A DNA stretch of 64,000 nucleotides from Thermodesulfobacteriota bacterium. Lineage in GTDB: Bacteria; Desulfobacterota_D; UBA1144; Nemesobacterales; UBA2774. Position 1 is the first letter of the stretch. Each line of letters starts with the position of its first letter. The position numbers were made by a program, and so were the translations under genes. The notes under the pieces were generated by a model, which was given only the letters and a program-made list of their open reading frames with translations, ran no database searches and was not told where the DNA came from. Below are positions 33,822 through 43,770 of the stretch, piece by piece. The stretch spans positions 768,001 to 832,000 of the forward strand of contig OZ244991.1 in NCBI GenBank assembly GCA_965223335.1, read 5' to 3'.

Positions 33822-34103
33822 TTAACTGTTTTTAATTGTAAAATTGTTATAAGTGCCCCCAAGCTCGTCGTAATCCACTTCGACCCCTGTGACATGGGCG
33901 TTTTGGGGACCCTCTTTACACCACTCAACCAGCTCCTGCAGTTGATCCTTATCACCCTCGGCCATTATCTCTACGGTGCCATCCTCTCGGTTTCTTACCC
34001 AGCCTTTTAGGCCGAGTCCACGGGCAATATCCACAGTGGAGGCCCTAAAGAACACTCCCTGCACCCGTCCTCTCACAATCACACGAATTTTTTCTTTACT
34101 CAT
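33822..34103 (-). CDS. acyP: Acylphosphatase
   Basis: GRVQGVFFR, GWVRN. Confidence 0.93.
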   Translation of the reverse strand: MSKEKIRVIVRGRVQGVFFRASTVDIARGLGLKGWVRNREDGTVEIMAEGDKDQLQELVEWCKEGPQNAHVTGVEVDYDELGGTYNNFTIKNS

Positions 34104-34331
34104 GCACCAAATAGCACAAATTAACTACCGACTCACTATCACCATAGCTATAATTAATGAAAAAATCTATATCAACATCATACATTATTTCAAAAAATTT
34201 TGCAATCAATTAAGGGGTATAATAAAGATACTGCAAGTAATACATGAATATATTGCCTGTTTTTCGCACCATCCCGCCCCCAAACTGCCTGGTTTGACAG
34301 TCAAAATCCCAAGATGTATTTTGTTACAGTT

Positions 34332-35666
34332 ATGGCCGAGCATAAATCATGGTTTAGCTGCATTGACGCAGAGTGCCAAGAAACCTACCCACTTGACGAG
34401 ATTATCTACAGGTGCCGCAAGTGTAATAACCTATTGGAGGTAGTGCATGACATCGACTACCTGAAGCAGAAATCCGCCCAGGAGTGGAAAAAACTTTTTG
34501 ACAACAGGTACAGAAGACAGATGTGGCCCCACGGCAGTGCCGTTTGGGGTAAAAAAGAGTGGGTATGCCCCTATGTTGACGACGAGAATGTAGTCTCTAT
34601 GTACGAGGGTGCGACTAACCTGTTTTGGGCCGAAAGGTTCGGCAAGCAGATCGGGATGGAAGACATTTGGATCAAGATGTGCGGCAACAGCCATACAGGT
34701 TCTTTCAAGGACCTCGGTATGACGGTGCTTGTGTCAGTGGTAAAGCAGATGATAAGTGAGGGGAAAGAGATCCCGGCAGTGGCATGCGCTTCTACGGGGG
34801 ATACCTCCGCTGCACTCGCAGCGTACTGCGCATCGGCGGCTATACCGGCCATAGTGTTTCTGCCCAAGGACAAGGTATCCGTGGCACAGCTTGTACAACC
34901 CATCTCAAACGGCGCACTTGTGCTCTCACTCGACACCGACTTCGACGGCTGCATGGAGATGGTGCAGAGGGTGTGTACCGAAAACAACATCTACCTGGCA
35001 AATTCCATCAACTCACTTCGCATCGAGGGGCAAAAAACCATAAGCATAGAACTCTGCCAACAGTTCGATTGGGAAGTACCCGACTGGATTGTGATCCCCG
35101 GTGGGAACCTGGGCAATATTTCTGCACTGGGAAAAGGATTTTTGATAATGCACGAACTGGGTCTCATTACTAAACTGCCCCGACTCGTATGTGCGCAGGC
35201 AGAGCACGCAAACCCGCTCTATCTAAGCTACCTAAATGATTTTGAGGAGTTTAAACCTGTCAAGGCCAAAAAAACCCTCGCCAACGCCATCCAGATCGGA
35301 AACCCTGTAAGTGTGAACAAGGCAATCAGGATATTAAAACAGTTCGACGGTATAGTAGAGCAGGCAAACGAGCAGGAGCTCTCTGACGCAGCCGCCATGG
35401 TGGATAAAACCGGTACTTTTAACTGCCCACACACCGGTGTAGCATTGGCGGCTTTTATGAAACTCAAAGAAAAAAATGTATTCAAACCCACCGATAGAGT
35501 AGTGATCATATCCACTGCTCATGGCCTTAAGTTTGTCGAGTTTAAGATTGGTTACCACAAGGGCGAGCTGGACGGTGTGTTCGCAACTTACAAGAACTCG
35601 CCCATCGAACTCCCGGCTGATTACAATGCGGTAAAAGAGGCCATCTTCAGCCATATCCTAAACTAG
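34332..35666 (+). CDS. thrC: Threonine synthase
   Basis: [35 protein letters not shown]; start moved to 34332 because a promoter overlaps ATG 34314. Confidence 0.92.
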   Translation: MAEHKSWFSCIDAECQETYPLDEIIYRCRKCNNLLEVVHDIDYLKQKSAQEWKKLFDNRYRRQMWPHGSAVWGKKEWVCPYVDDENVVSMYEGATNLFWAERFGKQIGMEDIWIKMCGNSHTGSFKDLGMTVLVSVVKQMISEGKEIPAVACASTGDTSAALAAYCASAAIPAIVFLPKDKVSVAQLVQPISNGALVLSLDTDFDGCMEMVQRVCTENNIYLANSINSLRIEGQKTISIELCQQFDWEVPDWIVIPGGNLGNISALGKGFLIMHELGLITKLPRLVCAQAEHANPLYLSYLNDFEEFKPVKAKKTLANAIQIGNPVSVNKAIRILKQFDGIVEQANEQELSDAAAMVDKTGTFNCPHTGVALAAFMKLKEKNVFKPTDRVVIISTAHGLKFVEFKIGYHKGELDGVFATYKNSPIELPADYNAVKEAIFSHILN

Positions 35667-35673
35667 CACAAAA

Positions 35674-35718
35674 AATAATGGGCTATAGAGTTAAATTACA
35701 AGCTCCATAGCCCATATT
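35674..35718. terminator. Hairpin between convergent genes (probable bidirectional terminator)
   Basis: ATGGGCTATAGAG...CTCCATAGCCCAT flanked by A/T tracts. Confidence 0.6.
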
Positions 35719-35752
35719 ATTGGAGGGTGAAATAATCTGTTTTTATAGGTTG

Positions 35753-36646
35753 TTAACTTCCAAATCTTATAAGCAGATCCATTAAGAAATCCACGTTGGC
35801 AAAATCTGTTATCTCACTGCTTCCGAACGGTACCTGAACCCCTGCACCAACGCTTATTACCTGGCCGCCGAACCTAACCCCGGGTGTTAAATACGCACCG
35901 GTTACGTTCTTGTCAAAAGATGTGGATGAGGCAAGCAGCAGCTCGAGTAGAAACGATGTGGAAAACGGCAGGTTAAAGTGTGGGGTCACACTGCCGGTTG
36001 CACCATATTTAATGATCAATTCCGTGCTGTCACCGCCAGTATCAAAAGGTGTGGCGTTAAGCTTCTTCGCATTTGTCATAATATCGAAATCGATATTTGC
36101 CTGGAACGCAAAGATATCGCCGCTTATAGCGAACACACCGTATGGTTTCAGAGTAAAAGCATCGTCCGCAAAGTAAGCGAAATCCCTGAAATAGGCACGT
36201 GCACCCAGTGCTCCGAAATTATTGTTCGTGGTAGGCAAAATAGCCTCAAAACCTAGTGTAAGGACTGAGTTGTCCCTATTGAGTATGGCGTATTTGGCAC
36301 CGAGCCCTATGTTACCGAAATCATAGTCGCCTTTTCCGAACGCACCGCTTGTAACACCCGCAAACGGGAACTTCGCATACACGCCGAACATGTTGTTGCT
36401 GATGTTGATATCCGCACGCAGCTGGTTCTGAATGAGCCAGCCACCCTGATCCAGGTCGACAAACTCTATGTTACCCCTTACCCCGGTAATGCTATAGGGG
36501 TGCTCTAAAAAGAACGAATAGGGGATCTTGGCTCCCGCTGCATCCGAGTTAGTCGTCGGTACAAAAAGGAGTGCGACTCCAAACATTACTGTCAAAATCG
36601 CAAATTTAAGTTTTCTTAGTCCATGTAAAGTACTCATCGGTTCCAT
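35753..36646 (-). CDS. Putative outer-membrane beta-barrel protein of unknown function
   Basis: Signal peptide; alternating amphipathic strands (GLGAKY, LGFEAIL, VGAGVQV); near-terminal Phe; AGGAGG SD. Confidence 0.65.
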   Translation of the reverse strand: MEPMSTLHGLRKLKFAILTVMFGVALLFVPTTNSDAAGAKIPYSFFLEHPYSITGVRGNIEFVDLDQGGWLIQNQLRADINISNNMFGVYAKFPFAGVTSGAFGKGDYDFGNIGLGAKYAILNRDNSVLTLGFEAILPTTNNNFGALGARAYFRDFAYFADDAFTLKPYGVFAISGDIFAFQANIDFDIMTNAKKLNATPFDTGGDSTELIIKYGATGSVTPHFNLPFSTSFLLELLLASSTSFDKNVTGAYLTPGVRFGGQVISVGAGVQVPFGSSEITDFANVDFLMDLLIRFGS

Positions 36647-36790
36647 CTCCTCCTTAAAAATTTATTTCCAAATGCCGTGCCTTCGAATTCCTCTCCGATA
36701 TCTAACCGAGATTTTATACTATTTCTGAATTTATTTCAAGTAGTTTCTATAAAGTTTGTATAACATGCCTAAATTAGTTAATATTAATGC

Positions 36791-37423
36791 ATGCCTTTTG
36801 ATATGCAGGGACTCTATGTTATTACCGATAGTCAGCTGATTGAGCGCGAAAAGTTCACGGAAACTGTCGAAAAAGCCCTAAAAGGCGGGGCTAATCTGCT
36901 ACAACTCCGCGAAAAAGACACTACTCGGGATGAGATTATCAATTTGGGTATAGAACTACTCGTTCTAACCAAACAATACGGAGTTCCGCTTATAATTAAT
37001 GACAGTCCCGAGATAGCACTGGAGATAGGTGCAGACGGTGTGCACCTGGGGGAGCATGATATGGACGTCGAGTCGGCACGTGGGATTGTGGGAGAAGATT
37101 CCATCATAGGAGTATCGTGCTACGGGGAACTCGACCGGGGAGCCGAGGCCTACTCTAAAGGTGCCGATTATCTTGCATTCGGCACACCTTATTTTACCCC
37201 GACAAAACCCGAAAGAGTCCCAACCTCTCTAGAGGTGCTAAAGACCGCTCGCCGGAAATTCCCCGACATCCCTATCTTTGCCATCGGGGGTATCGATAAG
37301 ACCAACGCCCCGACTATTTTGGAAACAGGTGTGGACGGAATTGCAGTTATAACCAGTGTTTTCGGGGCCCCAGACCCCGAGCTCGCCGCCAAAGAACTGT
37401 CAAGCGTTTTTCAGAGCGGATAG
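36791..37423 (+). CDS. thiE: Thiamine-phosphate synthase
   Basis: LYVITD, QLREK, IIND, DGVHLG, TPTK, AIGGI. Confidence 0.93.
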   Translation: MPFDMQGLYVITDSQLIEREKFTETVEKALKGGANLLQLREKDTTRDEIINLGIELLVLTKQYGVPLIINDSPEIALEIGADGVHLGEHDMDVESARGIVGEDSIIGVSCYGELDRGAEAYSKGADYLAFGTPYFTPTKPERVPTSLEVLKTARRKFPDIPIFAIGGIDKTNAPTILETGVDGIAVITSVFGAPDPELAAKELSSVFQSG

Positions 37424-37449
37424 ATATAAGAGTATTGCACAACACTTAA

Positions 37450-38538
37450 CTATTTGAAAATATTAGCTAATCCCTTGCCCTCTCTTACAATATCCACCCT
37501 CTGGGCTAATGCGTGTGTAACCATGGGAAGCGCAATTGTGGCATCGCAGTAGCACTGGATCAATTTCCCGCGCAGGTCCTCTTTACCCCACGACGCCGCC
37601 TCCTCAAACGTACATCCCGAGAGCCCTCCCCACTGCGGAGCATCGCTTGTGATCTGTATGGCGTACTTATGCGGGTAGTAGGTCTCAGCAGCACCAGTAC
37701 CTTTCCTGTTTAGCCCTTGCTCCCTGTTGGGAACCAACCGGTCTTCGTAAAGTAGGTCGCCTGTCACGGCAAATAGCTGTATAAAATCCTTTGGCACTCC
37801 ACCCCCGATGTATATAACACCCGTATCGGTTACAACCTCACCCATACTCATAAACTCCACATAGTCCTTTATGGCATCGATGGTAAGATGAAAGCCCTTG
37901 CTCTCGGCTATTAGTGCCGCATCCCCATAGGGACTGTCCGCTATTGCGGGGCAATACACTGGTATATCGTTGTCCGCAGCCACCTTTACTATGCTGTTTA
38001 TACCCTTTTTACCCAGCCATTTTCCGCACTCCTCCAAAAACTCGCGTGACGAGTACTTATAGTCTTGATCAAGTGTAAAAATAAACTCGGCTAATAGCTC
38101 GGTCATCTCCAGATAATCCGACTCCTTTCCGTATACATCGTAGTATCGGTTGTAGCCCTCTCGGAATAAAACTTCGTTGTCCGCAAGGTGTGTGCCCTGG
38201 AGGTAATCAAATCCCATCGCGTCTATAATGTCTTCAGATATGTTGGCCCCGGTCGGCACCAGCACGTCCACATATCTATTCTCGAGCAGCCAGTTTATTA
38301 TCTTCCACTGCCCTGTTGTAGACAGCGACCCGGCGTAACCGAGAAATATTGTCAGGTTCTCGTCCCTTATCATCGCCTCGAAAACCTCGGCGGTCTGTGC
38401 AAGGCTCTTACCTTGAAACCCGGTCCTGGCCATATCCTCCAACAGACGCGATATCGTCTTAGACGCCCCGACCTCTATCGCCTCAACCTTCCCTGTTATC
38501 AGTTTGTCTGCAATCTGCTCGTCTTTGTTATCAGACAT
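37450..38538 (-). CDS. Deoxyhypusine synthase-like protein
   Basis: GFQG, CPAIADS, GGGVPKDF, GGLSGCTFEEAASWGK with catalytic Lys. Confidence 0.88.
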   Translation of the reverse strand: MSDNKDEQIADKLITGKVEAIEVGASKTISRLLEDMARTGFQGKSLAQTAEVFEAMIRDENLTIFLGYAGSLSTTGQWKIINWLLENRYVDVLVPTGANISEDIIDAMGFDYLQGTHLADNEVLFREGYNRYYDVYGKESDYLEMTELLAEFIFTLDQDYKYSSREFLEECGKWLGKKGINSIVKVAADNDIPVYCPAIADSPYGDAALIAESKGFHLTIDAIKDYVEFMSMGEVVTDTGVIYIGGGVPKDFIQLFAVTGDLLYEDRLVPNREQGLNRKGTGAAETYYPHKYAIQITSDAPQWGGLSGCTFEEAASWGKEDLRGKLIQCYCDATIALPMVTHALAQRVDIVREGKGLANIFK

Positions 38539-38633
38539 TGTTGATTACCCCTTTGCTTATTGAATTTTTTGCACAAGGCAACACTCAAGGCTAGAAATTA
38601 TGCCGGCTGGTGTAAGAGAGTAAATCTCAAGTG

Positions 38634-41120
38634 TCACAAAACTATGTTTACCAGTTTTTTAGGTACGACTATAACCTTTTTCGGGTCTTTGCCCCCTAGG
38701 TAATTTTTGATTTTCTCATCAGATAGAGCTGCCTCTTTCATGCTATCATTATCAGAGTCCGCGTCCATATCAAACTGGCTTCGCACCTTGCCGTTTACCT
38801 GTACCACTATGGTTATGGAATCCGACTGCACATATTTTTCGTCCCACTCCGCCCAGGGATAATCCACCAGCGACTGCTCGTTGCCAAGCAACGCCCAGAG
38901 CTCCTCGGTAATGTGCGGGGCCATGGGATAGAGCATCCTCACCACGGAAGTGATGACATCCCTTAGCACCATTTTATCGTCAGTTGTTTCGGGGCTAAGT
39001 CGAGAAGTCTCGTTAAGGAGCTCCATAATAGCTGCAATAGCGGTATTGAACTGGAACCGCTCTAGGTCATCCGTCACCTTTTTTATGGTCTGGTTGAGTT
39101 TGATGCGGAGCTTGTGTCCCGAGTCAGACAACTCACTGCCTATCTCTTCTATACTCTCGGTATCCTTTGTCTGCTCCATAGCATCGGCTACCAGCCTCCA
39201 CACCCTGTTAAGGAACCTGTATGCACCCTCGATACCCTCGTCACTCCAGTCCAGGTCCCTTTGCACGGGTGAAGCGAATAGCATAAAAATCCTCACTGTG
39301 TCGGCGCCGTACTTCTCGATCATATCGTCGGGATCCACTACGTTGCCTAGCGATTTCGACATCTTGGCACCGTCTTTAATTACCATGCCCTGTGTCAGAA
39401 GGTTAGAGAACGGCTCGTCCAACTCACAGTACCCGAGGTCTCTTAGCACCTTTGTGTAGAACCTGGCATATAACAGGTGTAAAATTGCATGCTCGATGCC
39501 CCCTATGTAGCGGTCTACCGCTAACCAGTAATCAACGCTCTTTTTCTCGAATATTTCTTTATCAGAACGCGGGGACACATACCTCAAGAAATACCACGAA
39601 GACTCTACAAACGTGTCCATTGTGTCGGTCTCGCGCGTGGCCTGCCCACCGCACTTTGGGCATGAGGTCTCTTTAAAACTCTCGATTTTCGATAACGACG
39701 ACCCCTTCTCACCACCGAACTCTACTTCGAGCGGCAGCTCCACTGGCAGGTCACTGTCCGGTACTGCAATAGTGCCGCACTCCCCGCAATATACAATCGG
39801 TATAGGTGCACCCCAGTACCTCTGGCGCGAAATCCCCCAGTCCCGAAGCCTATAGTTAACCTTCTTGCTCCCATACCCCTTGCTCTCTACATACTCCGTA
39901 ACCTTTGCTATGCCTTCTTTAGAGTCGAGTCCCGCAAACCGGTCAGAGTTCGTCATCACTCCCTCCGACACATAGGCCTCTGTCATGGTCTCCGGGTCCA
40001 AGCTCTCGTCCTTAGGCTCTATCACTACCTTTATCGGCAGCCCGTACTCCCTGGCAAACTCAAAGTCCCTCTGGTCGTGGGCCGGGACACACATTATTAT
40101 CCCCGTACCGTACTCGAGCAGAACAAAGTTCGCAACGTATATAGGGATACGCTCACCGTTTAGCGGATTTGTACAGTATGCACCTGTAAAAATCCCCTCT
40201 TTTTTGCCCCCTTCGCCTACCCTCTCTACATTGCTCTGTTTTCTCACACGTTCGATAAATTCTGTTACATCTTTTTCCTGCGGCTTTCCCCGTATCAACT
40301 CGGCTGTCATAGGGTGCTCGGGTGCAATACTCATGTATGTAACACCGTAAACCGTATCGGGCCGTGTAGTGTAAATGCTCAGGCTCTTGAACTCAGGAGT
40401 CGGATCCTCAAGCGGGAACTCTATCTCGGCACCTGTGCTCTTACTTATCCAGTTCTTTTGCATCGATAAGACCCGCTCGGGCCAGCCCCCCGCAAGTTTG
40501 TCTGCAAACTCTAAAAGCTCCTCTGCATACTCAGTTGTCTTAAAGAACCACCCGTCCATATCTTTAAGTTCGACCTCTGACCCGCATCGCCAGCACTTAC
40601 CGTCCTCGACCTGCTCATTGGCAAGCACAGTCTCGCAAGACGGGCACCAATTGACCGTGGTCGTCCGCTTATAGGCAAGCCCCTTTTCGTACATCCTGGT
40701 AAATATCATCTGCTCCCATTTGTAATAGGTCGGGTCACATGTGGCAAGCTCCCGCGACCAGTCATAGCTGAAACCTAGCCGTTTTAGCTGTCCCTTCATC
40801 TGCTCTATATTTTCATAGGTCCATTTCGCCGGGTGCACACCGTGCTGTATGGCGGCATTCTCTGCCGGCAGCCCAAACGCATCCCACCCTATGGGGTGGA
40901 GCACATTAAACCCACTCGACCTCTTGTAGCGCGCTACCACATCACCGATGGTGTAGTTCCTCACATGGCCCATATGTATACGTCCCGATGGGTAGGGAAA
41001 CATCTCGAGCACATAGTATTTATCCTTTGAGCTGCTCTCATCTACCTTATAGACTTTGCTCGTATCCCACTCGCTTTGCCATTTTTTCTCTATCTCGTGC
41101 GGATCATAAGGGCTCTTCAT
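38634..41120 (-). CDS. leuS: Leucine--tRNA ligase
   Basis: [26 protein letters not shown]. Confidence 0.97.
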   Translation of the reverse strand: MKSPYDPHEIEKKWQSEWDTSKVYKVDESSSKDKYYVLEMFPYPSGRIHMGHVRNYTIGDVVARYKRSSGFNVLHPIGWDAFGLPAENAAIQHGVHPAKWTYENIEQMKGQLKRLGFSYDWSRELATCDPTYYKWEQMIFTRMYEKGLAYKRTTTVNWCPSCETVLANEQVEDGKCWRCGSEVELKDMDGWFFKTTEYAEELLEFADKLAGGWPERVLSMQKNWISKSTGAEIEFPLEDPTPEFKSLSIYTTRPDTVYGVTYMSIAPEHPMTAELIRGKPQEKDVTEFIERVRKQSNVERVGEGGKKEGIFTGAYCTNPLNGERIPIYVANFVLLEYGTGIIMCVPAHDQRDFEFAREYGLPIKVVIEPKDESLDPETMTEAYVSEGVMTNSDRFAGLDSKEGIAKVTEYVESKGYGSKKVNYRLRDWGISRQRYWGAPIPIVYCGECGTIAVPDSDLPVELPLEVEFGGEKGSSLSKIESFKETSCPKCGGQATRETDTMDTFVESSWYFLRYVSPRSDKEIFEKKSVDYWLAVDRYIGGIEHAILHLLYARFYTKVLRDLGYCELDEPFSNLLTQGMVIKDGAKMSKSLGNVVDPDDMIEKYGADTVRIFMLFASPVQRDLDWSDEGIEGAYRFLNRVWRLVADAMEQTKDTESIEEIGSELSDSGHKLRIKLNQTIKKVTDDLERFQFNTAIAAIMELLNETSRLSPETTDDKMVLRDVITSVVRMLYPMAPHITEELWALLGNEQSLVDYPWAEWDEKYVQSDSITIVVQVNGKVRSQFDMDADSDNDSMKEAALSDEKIKNYLGGKDPKKVIVVPKKLVNIVL

Positions 41121-41293
41121 TTTTTATAACTCAACTCCAACTCTATATTTAGCTTGTATTATTTACCTGATACAACAGGGACTCACAATTACAAGATTTT
41201 CGCAGCCCACCAAACTGCTAATCCTGAGCTCTACCGAGGCCAAGCGTTTACTTTGCAATTAACCTCTTATACATTATATTAGGGATTTATAAT

Positions 41294-42091
41294 ATGGGTA
41301 CGCGCTTTGAATTTGAGGAATTGATTGAGGACCTAAAAAGGTATATAAATTTCCAAAAAACACTAGGGATTCGAGGCTATTACACCAAAGAACAACCCGC
41401 AACTGAACACACTCCTAAGGGTAGCCAAAATACGATGGAACCTAAAATGACAAGCACAAAAACACCCGACCAACCCGATATTATCCAAGTAGAAGACCAA
41501 CTCGGTATATTTGACGAATCCACTAAAGCAATGACCCTCGAGGAAATCCGGGAAGAGATAGGCGACTGCACAAGGTGCAAGCTCCACACCGGGCGCACCA
41601 AGCTCGTGTTCGGCGACGGCAACCCAAAAGCAAGGCTCGTTTTTGTGGGCGAAGGGCCCGGTAGAGACGAGGACCTGCAAGGCAAACCGTTTGTGGGACG
41701 TGCCGGCAAACTGCTTACCAAAATCATCGAGGCCATGGGTCTCGAGAGGTCCGATGTATACATATGCAACGTTGTTAAGTGCCGGCCCCCCGGCAACAGG
41801 ACACCCGAGCCCGACGAGATGAACACATGTGAGCAGTTTTTGTTCAAACAACTCCGTGCAATCTCGCCCGAAGTTATAGTGTGCTTGGGTGCCACGGCAT
41901 CACACTCTATACTAAAGACTAAAGGCCGACTCGGCGACCTAAGGGGCAGGTTTCATAAATGCGCAGGGGCAAAACTCATGGTCACTTACCACCCGGCAGC
42001 ACTGCTCAGAAATCCCGGATTTAAAAAACCGCTTTGGGACGATATGCAGGTTGTTATAAAAGAACTCGGTCTTAGCCCTAAGGGCGATTAG
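41294..42091 (+). CDS. Uracil-DNA glycosylase family 4 (Fe-S type)
   Basis: [31 protein letters not shown]. Confidence 0.92.
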   Translation: MGTRFEFEELIEDLKRYINFQKTLGIRGYYTKEQPATEHTPKGSQNTMEPKMTSTKTPDQPDIIQVEDQLGIFDESTKAMTLEEIREEIGDCTRCKLHTGRTKLVFGDGNPKARLVFVGEGPGRDEDLQGKPFVGRAGKLLTKIIEAMGLERSDVYICNVVKCRPPGNRTPEPDEMNTCEQFLFKQLRAISPEVIVCLGATASHSILKTKGRLGDLRGRFHKCAGAKLMVTYHPAALLRNPGFKKPLWDDMQVVIKELGLSPKGD

Positions 42092-42158
42092 CTCAGTGGA
42101 TTAGAGCGCTGGCCTCCGAAGCCAGAGGTCGGGGGTTCGAATCCCCCATCGCCCGCCA
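42082..42158 (+). tRNA. tRNA-Arg (anticodon CCG)
   Basis: Acceptor stem GGGCGAT/ATCGCCC, D arm GCTC/GAGC, anticodon arm CTGGC-CTCCGAA-GCCAG, T arm GGGGG-TTCGAAT-CCCCC, encoded CCA. Confidence 0.97.
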
Positions 42159-42689
42159 CTTATTTATCATTACAGATCCATCTATTTCAACTCATTTTCA
42201 CTACACGACTTAATGTTATCTATGATAAACTACGATTAATACAACGGTTGACCAACCCTTTCCTGTAGTGTTTGGAATGCCGTTTGAACAGCAGTGGCCG
42301 TTTGTACTCACTCTGTTCCTAATCGGTGAAATATCATTCTTAATCTCATTATACATTTTGGGGGCCGATTGGTGGGGCCGTTTACGGGACCTAGTAGTCT
42401 GGCAAAACCCAAATGCTAAAGCACAATAACCGCTGTAATTAATTCATTTTTATTCCAATACCATCCCTACTTCTTTAACCTGTCATTATTAACAAACTGT
42501 ATAACAGATACTAACCCTAAATTCGCACTGTTATAACTATAAACTCACTAAACTAGTTAATTACGAGTGCTCTAGAAATAATAATTAAATATTTCTTCCA
42601 TCTTATATAATAATAATGTATAATCTTCAAAAAGTTAGATTATAGTAAATCAGTTTATTTGTAATAAGTTATCAAAGGAGGAATTAAGG

Positions 42690-43715
42690 ATGATTCAGAG
42701 TACAGTATCAAGAGTAATTTGCACAACGGTTTTGGCTTTTATGCTTGCCATACCGACGGTATCGATGGCCGGACACGGTTTAGATCCTCTCATAGACCAG
42801 ACAGACCAGGCAACATCCAGGCTTATAAATTTCTGGGACCTGCGTATGGCGCGACAGACCTTTGTACAGGTCACTAATTATTCGCAGGGCAGAGCATTTG
42901 TCCATGTACAAATCTTTAATGTCGCTTCACCGGCTACAGTTTGCGAGGAAACAGACTTTGACGATTGGTACACCCCCGGCGACACACACGTATACGACCT
43001 GGGCAACCTTGTATCCAACAACGACGCTGACGGGTTAGGTTTAGTAGGCTTCTCTGCTCCTAATGCTGATTTGGATGAGGGATACGGCCTACTGGTTGTT
43101 TCAGAAACCTCCGGAGACGAAATCCTAATAGGTATGTTCAGGATCATCGACGGTGATGGTGATTTCGAGTACAGAACAAATGCTGCGGGTGAAGACCATA
43201 GAAATGTTAGTGGTAATGATTGGGACATAGCAGTCCTCAATTTCAACAATGTAGACGAAGCCAATCTGTCGGACGTAGTAGGGTTAGTTTATAAAGAGAC
43301 CGGTCTGAGTAGTGTCTTAGCCAGCCCGCTCATACAGGCAACTTTTGGTAATGCTACCGGTGATGTTGGCAGCCCACAACCTCAAATTCATATTTTCGAC
43401 GAGTTTGAAAGCCCCACATCCTGCAGCCCAACTACATTCGCATGTGCCCCCACATTGTTAGACAAGGGCATAGACAATTTCCACCCCAACTCTAAGGGCG
43501 AGGTTAATAGAATTTGTAACGACAGTGTGGATGTAGGGTGGCTCTATATGCCGTTTCAGAGATTCAACTGTTTTGACGATGATCCGGATTTTGGAAATTG
43601 TCAATTTTCTACTTTTTTCGTAGGATTTCTGGGCCTTAACAACGGTGACGGCACCGGTTCAATGGACTCGTGGTGGACACCTGGTGTATTTGATGAAACA
43701 CCAGTTGGACCATAA
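42690..43715 (+). CDS. Secreted Cys/Asp-rich protein 'A', copy 1, function unknown
   Basis: AAAGGAGG SD; signal peptide; paralogue at 46171; shares YTPGDTHVYDLGNL with the B proteins. Confidence 0.85.
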   Translation: MIQSTVSRVICTTVLAFMLAIPTVSMAGHGLDPLIDQTDQATSRLINFWDLRMARQTFVQVTNYSQGRAFVHVQIFNVASPATVCEETDFDDWYTPGDTHVYDLGNLVSNNDADGLGLVGFSAPNADLDEGYGLLVVSETSGDEILIGMFRIIDGDGDFEYRTNAAGEDHRNVSGNDWDIAVLNFNNVDEANLSDVVGLVYKETGLSSVLASPLIQATFGNATGDVGSPQPQIHIFDEFESPTSCSPTTFACAPTLLDKGIDNFHPNSKGEVNRICNDSVDVGWLYMPFQRFNCFDDDPDFGNCQFSTFFVGFLGLNNGDGTGSMDSWWTPGVFDETPVGP

Positions 43716-43770
43716 ATATCAAATGAAAATAAAAAACAAAATGATGAATAAAATTAAGGAGGAAACTCGG

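Noticed and set aside
43645..43770. Longer N-termini for B1 (43645) and B2 (47233) from the ORF track
   Set aside because: Shared AAGGAGG SD and signal peptides point to ATG 43771 and 47281
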